Of a stretch of 64,000 bases of DNA, positions 20,362-31,255 are shown one piece after another. Numbering within the stretch: position 1 is the stretch's first letter; each line of letters begins with the position of its first letter. Below the pieces are notes generated by a model. That model was not told the origin of the DNA and did no database searches. It saw only the letters and a program-made list of their open reading frames with translations. The stretch covers positions 1,178,001 through 1,242,000 of the forward strand of contig CM074814.1 in the NCBI GenBank assembly GCA_037447605.1, in the 5' to 3' direction. The DNA comes from Zygnema circumcarinatum SAG 698-1b (taxonomy: Eukaryota; Plantae; Zygnematophyceae). The position numbers were made by a program, and so were the translations under genes.

Positions 20362-21917
20362 AACTTTCGGCGCAGCGCCCTCCATTTCCTCAGCGGCTCT
20401 TGTCTTCCGCTCACACTTCTGCCTTTCTCCCTTATGGACGATGTACAGTGCAGGACTTCCAGAAATGCTTCCACGAGGACTGATGGAATTTGGATTGGGT
20501 GGTGAACGTCAGCTCACTGCCTCAAAGTTAGTGTGTCCAAAGAAGGGCCAGGGAACGCATAGAGTATGTGTATGACTAAGGAGACGGTAGCTAATCACCA
20601 TCATCTGTTGTCTTTTTTGAATTCTTTGAGTCTTACTCACCAAATAGTCACCGGAATCTTCCGTACAGTATGAAGCTCTGTGTCTTAGCGAGAAGTCGAG
20701 GATTGTGCGGTCTACTTGGTTAATCACGTACCGATAAGCAAAATGTCTACTTCCTGGACATTCCACTGCACAGGCAGTCATCGTTCGCATTGGTTCTGCA
20801 ACTCCAAATAAGCCTTTGGGCGGTGGTAAATGCTTTTAGCGCCCCACCTGGTTGCGGAAAGTTGTAGGTGTAGTTCCCTGATTCATCGTTTTTGTTTTGT
20901 AACAAACTGTGTCAGCACGGTCGTGTGATACTCTACTCCACTTATTAATATGTCTACACAAAAGGAGCCCGTCGCCAACACTTTAGCTGATTGCCTTTGA
21001 ATTGTGGTCCACTTCCATAGTGTGAGGTTTCGTCTCCTATCAGTGCTATGGTTGATTGGCAGCTTCCCTCAATGTCAGTTCTGGAACTTTATTAGTATTA
21101 GCTTCATCTTTTCAAACTATCGATCAAACTCCAGCAGGGTCGCAGCTTCATGGGATGAAACAATCAAAAAGAACGGAGGAAGGAAGGGACCTACATAACA
21201 AACAGAAACAATATGCGACGAACGGCAAATCTAACTAAGCCAAACGAAACTAAACTACAGCAATTAAACTATCCAAGTTAGTTGGACTGGTCAGGGAGGA
21301 AGTACAAGCGAGGGTTGGCAAGGGAGCGAAGATAACACAGTAGCGACTGTTGCAAGAGAACGATCGTTTTATTATGTCCTCATCCACATCCACTAACGAG
21401 CTAGATTATCAGAGTTCCAGGGTTAGCGTTAAGGGCTTCAGAGTTAGGGTTCTACCTACTGTAGTTGAAACAAAGTGACTCGCTATGTTAGTTCAGAGCA
21501 TGCAAATGTGGATAGGCGGTTGATGCCAGTGGGCAGAATGGGGGATCCAATGTTTCCACACATCGACTCTCCTTGCTTGGCTATACATACATTAACTTCC
21601 AATTTTCAAAAAGTTTGACGATACGAATAAACCTGGAGCTAATGAAGTGCCAGAGTTGAAAAGTAAAGCTTGCTGGATGCTGCAGTTTCTCCTATGACGA
21701 TAGCTGATGTATGCCGCCCTCATCGCATGCATCCATAGGATTTCTTTGGCAATATCAGATACAGATCTACTCTCAGATGGACAACCAACAGTTGTACTGC
21801 CCTTGGTACTCCATTTACACGAGCTATCCTACCAAACAGAAGGTCAACTTGAACTATTCACAGCTACCTCGTCAGATCAAAGGAGGCCAGGCCATTGAAA
21901 ACCATATAGTCCTTGCC

Positions 21918-24247
21918 TTACTTCATGTACTTATTTAAGAACTTCCTATGGAAATCACTGCGGATGGTGTCATTGATAAACCGTTTGGGCACCTTAAGCT
22001 CTCCCCTCGCTTGATTACGAAACACAACGTCATCGTCCCATCTGCACTCCAACCCCTTGAGAGTATTGTGAGCCTTAAGCACTGTTTCAACATGTGCTGA
22101 CTTTGGTTTCATCCCTCCCCAACCCCAAAGAAGAAACGGCACGATGTCTCTTTGTGGCTCTAACAGCTTACCATAAAGCTGACTGTGACAAAGTACACCA
22201 AAAAAATCACCCACATGCTTGCGAACTTCACTTGAATGAATGGAAATCAGCAGTGACTTCACAGAGTCTAGCTTCACAGAAGCTTCTGCTGTATTGAAAA
22301 TTCACACACCTTCGCTTCACCGAAAAAGAACCCGTATTCATCAACGGATTTCCTCGCACCAATTCCGATTCTTTCACTTTCATCTCCTCTGCCTGTAGTT
22401 GCTTTTCCTGTTCCATACAACCGTGAAAATTCTTTGAGTTTGCAAAACTGCCGCAGACTCGTGCTGTCAATTGTACTTCATCACCTGCTCTAATCCTGCT
22501 CTACCGGTGTCCTATCGTCTTATAACCAGTTGGTTCCTTCAAAAGATGCATGCTGTCAGCCAAACGACCTAACGGTGAAACAAGCATGACAACAGGGTGA
22601 ACATAACGACTTCGACAGATGCTCATATCAGGTATCGAAACCTAGCTTCGTACAGATAAGCCAAGCCCTCAACCATTTCTCTGTCAGATGAAACGAACAA
22701 CCAAACAAACAAATAGACACATGCCTTTTTTAATTTCTCCTCAGCACGCTCTCGTTTTATCCGCTCAAGCTCTGCAAGAAGATCAGCTGTATCATCCTCA
22801 TCGTCGTCGTCGTCATCATCACTGCACGGCCCCCATATTCATAAGTTTGCTTTCATCTAACGACGTGGAATCTCTGTTGTTCTGCCGCTAAGAATGATTC
22901 CGCTAAGAAACAGAGCCCTGACATGCAGTCCTCAGGGCTAAATTCATTTATAAACTTTGTGATTTGCCTTCAAACCTGTCATCACTCGCATCCTTGGCAT
23001 CATCAGAATCGTCGGCGTCCAAGTTTTTCCGGCCACTCTCTCCTGCTTCCTTTTTCCCTGTTGGCATGCAACAGCAAATTATCAGCATCCCCTGAAAAAA
23101 AAAAGTCTGATGGCCTCGTTGAACACACAATTCACATCAGCACCCAATGTAATATTGACATATCCTTAACAAACAAACATTTCAACTTCTCCATGAACCC
23201 AGACTGGCCGAATCCGTAGACTGACGTCAACAAGCTCCAGTAGAACCTAGCACCATGTTGGACCTACGGAAACTTTCTTCATAAACATTTTCTCATCCAA
23301 AAGACCCTGTAGGAAGTTCTGGAGTAACTACAGGTATGCGAAAGCCTTCATACCACCCAGAACATTAAGACGAAAGGAAAACCCTAAACCCTAAAGGAGC
23401 AACAATGAAAATGCAGGAACGCTCAATTTCTCTTTGGAGGCCGCAGCTGAGTTTGCAGGGCCCTCTCATTACTATGGTGGCTCTAAATTAGAAAACACCA
23501 TAAGAAGACCGCTAATGGCTCTTCTCAAGCTCCGATAATGACAGGCCCAATTTCCAATTTCCACAAACTCTTGAACTCTCCTTCCCACACTATGTTTCTC
23601 ACCTGGTCCCTCTATTCGTGCCACTGACGATGATTTCCTCCGCACTTCTGCAAATGAAAGATCAAAGGAACCCTATGATTCAGAACCAAAGTACTTTTTC
23701 AGCACTTTTTCTTCTTTGTTTTAAGAGGTTTGACATCTGGAGCGAGGACTGACCTCCATCCCGCTCTTTGTCACGAACAGAAAAATGGCGGCGCTCGCGG
23801 TCATCGAGCTCGTCGCGCAAATTTCTCTTTCGCAGTTCGTCCTTATTGTCCTGGCCTTCAACTCTGGCGCCAAAGAAGACCTCCCGAACATTAGCAGAAG
23901 CTAAATTTGAAATGCCTCCAACAAGCTCGCTTAGCTTGACAGAAGCACACAAGGCCCAGAATTAAGATACTCATTTCTCAAACCAACACCCTGCATGGCG
24001 GCAAGAATTGGATGGAGGAGGGAAAAAGGGAATGACAGAGAGATAAAAAGGAAGTGAAAGAATGGGGGAGCGAGAGAGAGTCGGAGATGGAGAGATTACG
24101 ACTGGCAGATGCTCACCTCTGCTTGAGCTTCGTATGGCTGGCAAGGTCTCGCGAAGAATACTTCTGGCTCGGCCCGAACATGCGCACCCCTCCCTGCTCC
24201 TCCCCGCCCTTGGCCGGTGCCCATGTCGGCCGGGCTGCCGTCGTCAT
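21918..24247 (-). CDS. CWC15: Spliceosome-associated protein CWC15, 7 exons
   Basis: N-terminus [15 protein letters not shown]...[11 protein letters not shown]; C-terminus GNPL...[19 protein letters not shown]...[21 protein letters not shown]. One GC-AG intron. Confidence 0.95.
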
Positions 24248-24697
24248 GGCGGCCCCTCCTCTCCTCTCCTCTCTCTCGCTTCTCCACTCCTCTCCTCTCC
24301 TTTCCCTCTCCTCCCCTCTCCTTTCCTTCCCGTTCCCCTCTGCCTGCCCTCCTCCTCCTCCTCCTCCACTCTCCCCGTCCCTCCCTGTCTCCCTCGCCCT
24401 CCCTCCCTGGCCTTCCCTCAGTGCTCAGCGGTCGACCCTGCTGAGTGTGAGCCGAGCGGCCCAGACCTAAACGGGGGCTCCATGCGGTACCTCCTCGTAG
24501 AACGGCCCGTTGAACCAGCTGCAACGCTAGCAGTGCAACAACGCTTAACATGAGTCTAGGTGTCTCTATTAGAAAAGTAGTGCGTCTCAGATTTGAAACT
24601 ACCAATGAAAGATCGCCAGGTGCCATTGCTGACGTCGAAAGGCGGTTCACAGGCGAGATCAGCACACAGCTTTCTGCCGTACAGAACACCAGCGGCT

Positions 24698-25007
24698 CCT
24701 CCGGGCGGTCGCGTTTGTCGTATGAGGAAAAAGGACGGTGCGCTGTGCTTGTAAAAACCAGCAGCTTCCGCGCTCGTTCGCAATGTGACCCGCGCCTCAA
24801 GAACTTAATTATTTAGGGTTGCAAAAGTTTAAGTATTCGCACAATCAATGCAAACGAGCGAGCAGGCTGCTGGTTTCAAGCACAGCACACCGTCCTTTTT
24901 CCTAATACTGTACTGTACAGTACAGTACTGTACAGTACAGTACATTACAGTACAGTACAGTACCTGGTACAGTACAGTACTGTACCACAAACGAGACCGC
25001 CCGGAGG
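24698..25007. mobile_element. ~310-bp MITE-like unit with 25-bp terminal inverted repeats and internal (CAGTA/TACTG)n tract
   Basis: cctccgggcggtcgcgtttgtcgta ... taccacaaacgagaccgcccggagg (2 mismatches); no TSD recognised. Confidence 0.5.
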
Positions 25008-26349
25008 GAAAATGATATAGCGGCCCCACTTTTTGGATATCGGCGCCCCCTTTTGGGAAAAAATGTACTTTTTTTTTTGGCTAATCAACCCCCCCACTTG
25101 GATCTTTCGGGAGGAGAGATCTTGTAGACAATCGGATCCCGCGCCTCGCGCGCAGGATCCGACCGTGCACCGACGTACGGAGCCGCGCATCGCGGCGTGG
25201 CCCGCGGGATGCGGCGAGCCTACGGAAACGTTGTCCTCACCTGACCCGTTTGGGTCAGAGGTTGCCACGTGGCAGTCTGCCATTGAACAGCCCTGCTGCC
25301 GGTCCAGAATTGCCGATACAGTGGACCCCCATATTTTCCACCTTGTACAGTGCGTCCCCAAGAAATTCGCCCCGATTTTGCCGAAACCACCTTTTTGTAC
25401 GGTAACTCAATGTTAACGTATTAGGGGTGTTAACCTAACCTGACCTATTCTCCAATTCAAAATCTGTTAATCGAAACGGATTTCAAACATGGGTCACGCT
25501 TTTACGCTGTACGGTAAAAACGAATAAAATCTCTAAGTCGTACGGTATACGTACGGCACCAATAGGAGCTCGTGTATCTAAATCACGGTACGATACGATA
25601 CGATACGATACGTACGAACAGACATGAACTCTAACATAATACCGCTCGCCTATTGGTAACACGGACCTTATATTTGCAAATTACAATATTTTCGCCGCAT
25701 CTCGCGGGCCACGCCGCGATGCGCGGCGCCGTACGTCGGTGCACAGTCGGATCCTGCGCGCGAGGCGCGGGGTCCGATTGTCTACAAGATCTCTCCTCCC
25801 GAAAGATCCAAGGGGGGGGGGGGGGGGNNNNNNNNNNGGGGGGGGGGGGGGGGATGATTAGCCAAAAAAAAAAGTACAATTTTTCCCAAAAGGGGGCGCC
25901 GATATCCAAAGAGTGGGGCCGCTGTATCATTTTCCGCCCGGAGGAGCCGCCGGTGTTCTGTACGGCAGAAAGCTGTGCGCTGATCTGGCCTGTGAAACGT
26001 CTAACGACGTCATCAATGTCACCTGGCGACACTTCATTGGTTGATTTCAAATCTGAGACATATTCCTTTTCCAATAGATACATCTAGCTTCATGTCGAGC
26101 CCTGTTGCACGGTTAGCGTTGCAGCTGGTTCAACGGGCCGTTCTATGAGTAGGTATCGCATGGAGCCTCCCTTCTGGGCTGGGCCGCTCGACGCACACGC
26201 CACTGACTGAGGATTGAGGGAAGGCGGAGGGAGGGAGGGAGCAGGAGAAGAGGGGGAGGGCAGGCAGAGGGGAACGGGAAGGAGAGGAAAGAGGAGAGGA
26301 GAGGAGTGGAGAAGAGAGAAAGAGAGAGGAGAGGAGAGGAGAGGCCGCC

Positions 26350-26486
26350 ATGACGACGGCAGCCCGGCCGACATGGGTGCAGGCCAAAGGCAGGGAGGAG
26401 CAGGGAGGGGTGCGAATGTTCGGGCCGAGCCAGAAGTATCCTTCGCGAGACCTTGCCAGCCATACGAAGCTCAAGCAGAGGTGAGC
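26350..26486 (+). pseudogene. Inverted duplicate of CWC15 exon 1 with retained GTGAGC splice donor
   Basis: [44 protein letters not shown]|gtgagc, 4 aa differences from the parent; no further CWC15 exons follow. Confidence 0.88.
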
Positions 26487-26539
26487 GGCTGGGCGGCGGA
26501 CATGTATGGCTGGGCGGCGGACTCGGACGGTGCATTTCT

Positions 26540-26745
26540 CTTGAATCCAAGGGAGAATTCTACTGCACCCCCTATTTTGGCTTTCGCACCCCCCTTTTGA
26601 AAATTTTGCTTGCCGTTTTGGTTATCCCCCCTGTTTTGAATATTTTAGGAGGGAATTTTTTTCCGGGCCCTCCCGTCCCCTCCGCTCCCGTGCCCTGTCC
26701 TGCCAGGCCCTTCCCTCCCGCCCGCTCCCCTCCCTTCCCCTCTTG
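26540..26745. repeat. Dispersed repeat resembling a Mutator-like TIR; second copy at 41961-42145
   Basis: agaattcta..caccccctattttggcttt.gcaccccccttttgaaa...ttttggttatcccc..tgttttgaatattt...ccgggcc occurs in both places in direct orientation. The MULE assignment is inferred. Confidence 0.6.
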
Positions 26746-26757
26746 CCCCTCCTTTAT

Positions 26758-29700
26758 TGTAGCGAAACGCTACAGTCACCCAAGGGAGGTGTACTTAGGA
26801 CGTACTCCGTCCTACTACCCTCGCCCGAGCGTCGACCAAGTGGTTACGGCGTCGGGGGCCACCTAGGACGAAGGAAGGTCCTAGGATCGAACCTTGCAAA
26901 AGTCGCAAGGGTTCGATACAACGCGATATACAGACGTATATCTATATCGCGTCGCCGATATGGTCGAGGGGTCCGCAAAGTAGTCGGCCACCGACCATAG
27001 CTCCCTTACGTTTTGGAACGTAACGAGCGTCCGTTCATTTACGGGTTACCGTTGGTACGGACGGACTGTCAGTCGGGTCCCGCGCCGCGCGCGTAGGATC
27101 CGGCCGTGCACCGACGTACGGCGGCGCGCCGCGTCGCGGCGCGCGCCGCGGAATGCGGCGAGCGTTCGTACGTTGTACACCTCTGATCCATTCGGGTCAG
27201 AGATGGACACGTGGCAGTCTGCCACTGGATAGCCCTGCTTCCNNNNNNNNNNACGCCTCCACCGGCTGCCGGAAGCAGCCGGCAGAAGTCCACACCCCCT
27301 GTCTCAGCCACAGGGGGGAGTCACCCTCACGGGGGTGGCGAACCACCCAGCAGTGGGGGACCCCCGTCAGGGGCAGCTGCTGGGGGCGGAGGAGATCCCA
27401 GTCGTCGGACTGCTCCTCCGCAACCTACTGAGGATGCCAAGCGGAATCGGGCCAAAGTGGCCCCGATTTCCGTTTGGGGTGACCATCCTACCACGGACTG
27501 CTCGATTGAGCAGTGGTTGGGTCAAACGAAGGGTTATCTTCTTGCGACCAACTGTCCCCCCCTCCAGTGGGTAAGCTTTGCTTATCCAGCACTCAGAGGA
27601 GCCGCATACCGTGTGTATGAGGGTCTCTCTGATGAGATTGGGGACGATTGGGATAAGTTCATAGATGAACTTATCAAACACTTTGGGGCCTTGGATCCCG
27701 GCTTGGAGGCCCGGGATAAATTTCAGAACTTGGTCCAAACCGGCAGTGTCAAGCAGTTTCTGCGAGACCTGCGTCAGGTGGTGCCACAAATCACCACCCA
27801 CAAGCCTGGACAGGCTGAGTTCTTTTTCCACTTCAGGAATGGCTTGAAGCCACACCTGAGGAAGCAGCTAAGGACTAACCCACGGACTCTGAAACCGTGG
27901 GACCCCGCTGACTCTGAGCTGTACTTTGATGCAGCCATTCAGTTGGACACCGCCCCTGCAGGCGATGCAGGACCTTCCCGGCCTCCACCGAGGTCGGAAG
28001 TGACAGGGTGGTGGAAGGCGGGACCCTCAACTCCTGCCAAGATGGCAGGAAAGAAAGAGCGGAAGCAGCCAGAAGCGGCTGCCCGCCCAGCCCCTGCACG
28101 GCCACAGAAGTTGACTCCAGANNNNNNNNNNNNNNNNNNNNNNNNNNNNNNNNNNNNNNNNNNNNNNNNNNNNGGGACATTTGTTTCTTAGAACCTTGGA
28201 CATTCTTAAATTGATTGGCAGACCTTTGGGAATGCACGATCTCTTTGTGTGTGATGCACTCCCTGTTTCCATTTCCCTCTCCCCTGCCACTGTAGTGACT
28301 CCTTCTGGGTTTATGGATGTAGTGATGAATGGTGATTGGCATGTCTTTATCCTCAATGTCATGGGCGATGATGTTCTCATGCAATGTGCCATGGATGCTT
28401 TGCATGTCATGGGAAACACCTCCCATGTCCTTGGGCTGCATGTGCTGGTTCCTCAGCACATGGCAGTTCGCACCTTTCCCAACGCCACTTGGCGGTTGGT
28501 GAAACAGTTGAGGAAAGGGCACAAATTGGTGCAGACGATGGAAGGATCCACCAGTTCGCTGGTTGGATCACCCTACACCTTGGTGTGGAGGACGGCTCGT
28601 CCTCAACCCTCGCATATAGTGCGATCCATGTTCCATCTTGCCCATCGTGCCATGACCTTCCGAGGGTCAGCCAATGGCCACCCAGCAGTTATACTGCTAG
28701 ATACTGGGGCAGATGCTAACTTTGTTAGTTCTGCATTCACCCAGAGATTTGGGTTGACCACAGATCCCCATTCAGAAAGTGTTACTTTCGGGGATGGACG
28801 CAAGGGCCAGATCTCTGGTAGCGTCACACTCAAGATCAAGCTCCAATCCTACTCCGGGGCAGTGAAGTGTCTTCTGACACAACTGGCCCCTGGTACGGAT
28901 GTTATTTTAGGGAGTGCTTAGTTAGCATGGTCAAAGCTGGTGGACTTTTCAAGCCCACATTGCGTGCCGCAGTGGGAATAGGCCTCACACTGCACCTGGC
29001 AAACCCACATCCCCTGCTATCACGCAGGTTGATACTCCTTATCTCTGCTCGGCTATGCAATTGGCCAAAGCAGTTAAGGAGGGTTGCACCTTGTTCATGG
29101 TGCATGTCATGGCAGCCACTGAGGATGTTCATGACGAAGATCAGGAATGGCAGATCACATCTACGGATGTGCTCTCGGCCGTTCCACCCAAAATCCAACC
29201 TTTGTTGGATGAGTTCAGGGATGTTTTCCCTGACGACCTCCCAAGAGGGTTGCCACCGTCTCGAGGAGTCGGGCACACAATCCCTCTTGAGCTTGAGCAA
29301 AAGCCTCCTTGGCGGCCGATCTATCGGTTAAGTTCGAAGGAAACCGAAGAGATGCGTAAGCAGTTGACTAATTTACGGGACAAGGGCTGGATAGAACCCA
29401 GTCAGAGCCCCTTTGGGGCGCCCATCTTGTTTGTTGGGAAGAAAGATGGCTCGTTGAGGATGTGCATTGATTATCGTGCACTCAACAAGATCACCGTAAA
29501 GAATCGATTTGCTTTACCACGTATCGATGATCTGTTGGATCGTCTTCACAGCGCCAAAGTGTTTACCTCACTTGACCTTGCTCAGGGATATCATCAGATC
29601 CGTGTTACGGAGGCTGATGTGCCAAAGACTGCGTTCCGGACGCCGATTGGTCATTTCCAATATAAGGTGTTGCCCTTTGGATTGACTAATGCTCCGGCGA

Positions 29701-31121
29701 CTTTCCAGGCTGTAATGAACGAGATGTTCATCGGCATGGACGAATTTGTTTTGGTTTACCTCGATGATATCCTTGTCTTCAGTAAGACAGAGGAGGAACA
29801 TCTTGAACACGTTCGGAAAGTGTTTGAGACCCTGAGGAAACACCAATTTTATGCCAAGAGGAAGAAGTGTCACTTCATGCAACGTGAGTTGCTTTATCTT
29901 GGGCATATCCTCAATGATCAGGGCCTTCGGCCAGATCCTGCCAAAGTCTCTGCGGTAGAAACTTGGGCAGCACCGACTGACTTACATCAGTTGCGATCAT
30001 TTTTGGGATTTGCGAATTATTTTCGTAAATTCATCCAAGGGTTTAGTAAATTGGTTACTCCCTTGACTAATTTGACACGTTCCGGTGTCCCCTTTGTATG
30101 GACCCCTGAATGTCAGGAAGCATTTGAGGGCGTACGCCATGCACTTGTTACCGCACCCACTCTCCGTTTAGCGGACCCGTCCAAACCTTATGAAGTGGTT
30201 TGTGATGCTTCGGGATTCGCCTTGGGTGCCGTCTTGTTTCAGGATGGTCAACCTGTGGCGTATGAAAGTCGCAAAATGAATCCCGCTGAGCGCAACTATT
30301 CTGCAACAGAACAGGAACTGCTTGCAGTGGTCCACGCCCTGAGGACATGGCGGTGCTATTTAGAGGGGGCGAAAGCGGTCACGCTGGTCACTGACCACCG
30401 CCCGCTGACGTTCCTCTCAACCCAACAGACCCTGTCTAGGCGGCAGGCACGCTGGTCTGAGTTCCTCCAAAGGTTTGACTGCCAGTGGGTTTATCGGCCC
30501 GGAAGGTTGAATGTAGCAGACCCACTGAGCAGGCAGCCTCGGCATCTTGCCTGGATGGTGCGCTCGTCGACTCGAGTGTTGGTGGAACGAGATGACAAAG
30601 GTGAGGCGGCCAACCCCGATCTCCGTCTCCGGTATGCTTTTGTCACTTAGATCCCTCCACGGTAGCGCGATGCGACCCTCACAACTCTCTCATTCCAGAC
30701 GGATGAGATTCGAGGAGGTATACTTGAAATGATCACTTTATTCCTCGATGGCCAAGGTAATGGCTATAAGGACAAAGTGGTGTCTAAGGACGGATTTTGG
30801 TACCACGGCCAGCAGTTGGTCGTGCCCAAGGCCGGGACTGTACGGCAGCTCATTCTGAGTGAGTTACATGATCCTCCGTACCGAGGTCACATGGGAGTTG
30901 CCCAAACCCGTGAGGCACTGCTCCGAGAGTTCTGGTGGCTTGGACTCTCGAGGGATGTGAAAGCGTATGTACTCGCTTGTCCAACTTGTCAACGAAACAA
31001 ACCCCGCACTGGCAGGATCCCTGGCCAGCTGCAACCCCTCACACCTCCTTTTCGGAAATGGGATAGTGTGGGTATGGACTTGATCACAGATCTTCCTGTG
31101 ACACCTCGGGGGCATGACTAA
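26758..31121 (+). mobile_element. Ty3/Gypsy LTR retrotransposon, 3'-truncated and partly degenerate
   Basis: Putative LTR start TGTAGCG at 26758; gag ~27250-28120; protease LLDTGADANF (~28695); RT LRMCIDYRALN, LDLAQGYHQI, YLDDILVFS; RNase H CDASG, EQELLA, TDHRPL; integrase Zn finger LHD..GHMG..C..CQ ending at ITDLP..GHD*. Order PR-RT-RH-IN; no 3' LTR. Confidence 0.93.
29055..30650 (+). CDS. Gypsy pol fragment: reverse transcriptase plus RNase H
   Basis: 531-aa open frame with canonical RT and RNase H motifs; separated from protease and integrase by stops or frameshifts. Confidence 0.9.
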   Translation: MQLAKAVKEGCTLFMVHVMAATEDVHDEDQEWQITSTDVLSAVPPKIQPLLDEFRDVFPDDLPRGLPPSRGVGHTIPLELEQKPPWRPIYRLSSKETEEMRKQLTNLRDKGWIEPSQSPFGAPILFVGKKDGSLRMCIDYRALNKITVKNRFALPRIDDLLDRLHSAKVFTSLDLAQGYHQIRVTEADVPKTAFRTPIGHFQYKVLPFGLTNAPATFQAVMNEMFIGMDEFVLVYLDDILVFSKTEEEHLEHVRKVFETLRKHQFYAKRKKCHFMQRELLYLGHILNDQGLRPDPAKVSAVETWAAPTDLHQLRSFLGFANYFRKFIQGFSKLVTPLTNLTRSGVPFVWTPECQEAFEGVRHALVTAPTLRLADPSKPYEVVCDASGFALGAVLFQDGQPVAYESRKMNPAERNYSATEQELLAVVHALRTWRCYLEGAKAVTLVTDHRPLTFLSTQQTLSRRQARWSEFLQRFDCQWVYRPGRLNVADPLSRQPRHLAWMVRSSTRVLVERDDKGEAANPDLRLRYAFVT

Positions 31122-31255
31122 GGGGCCCAAATTTGAGATGTTATTGTGCATGTAATGCTTGCATGCTAAGCTTAACAAGTGCTGCAACGCGTGGTAAAAA
31201 ACAATACCATTTCCATTTTTCTTTTTTTTATAATGCTACTGGCTTTGATTCAAGA
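31119..31255. repeat. Dispersed AT-rich repeat; second copy at 41839-41975
   Basis: taaggggcccaa.tttgagat.ttattgt...tgtaatgcttgcatgctaagcttaacaagtgctg... in both copies; this copy begins exactly where the Gypsy integrase stops. Confidence 0.8.

Larger units (their letters stand above)
24111..26486. repeat. Large imperfect inverted repeat: arms ~24111-25217 and ~25692-26486
   Basis: Right arm is the reverse complement of CWC15 exon 1, its CT-rich leader and upstream DNA; the left arm has an extra ~300-bp segment. Confidence 0.9.

Noticed and set aside
26758-26780. CGAAAC...GTC as a hammerhead ribozyme core
   Set aside because: No CTGANGA motif in the required position.
26823-26895. A functional tRNA gene
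   Set aside because: Acceptor and anticodon stems do not pair; only A/B-box-like traces remain (kept as part of the hairpin finding).
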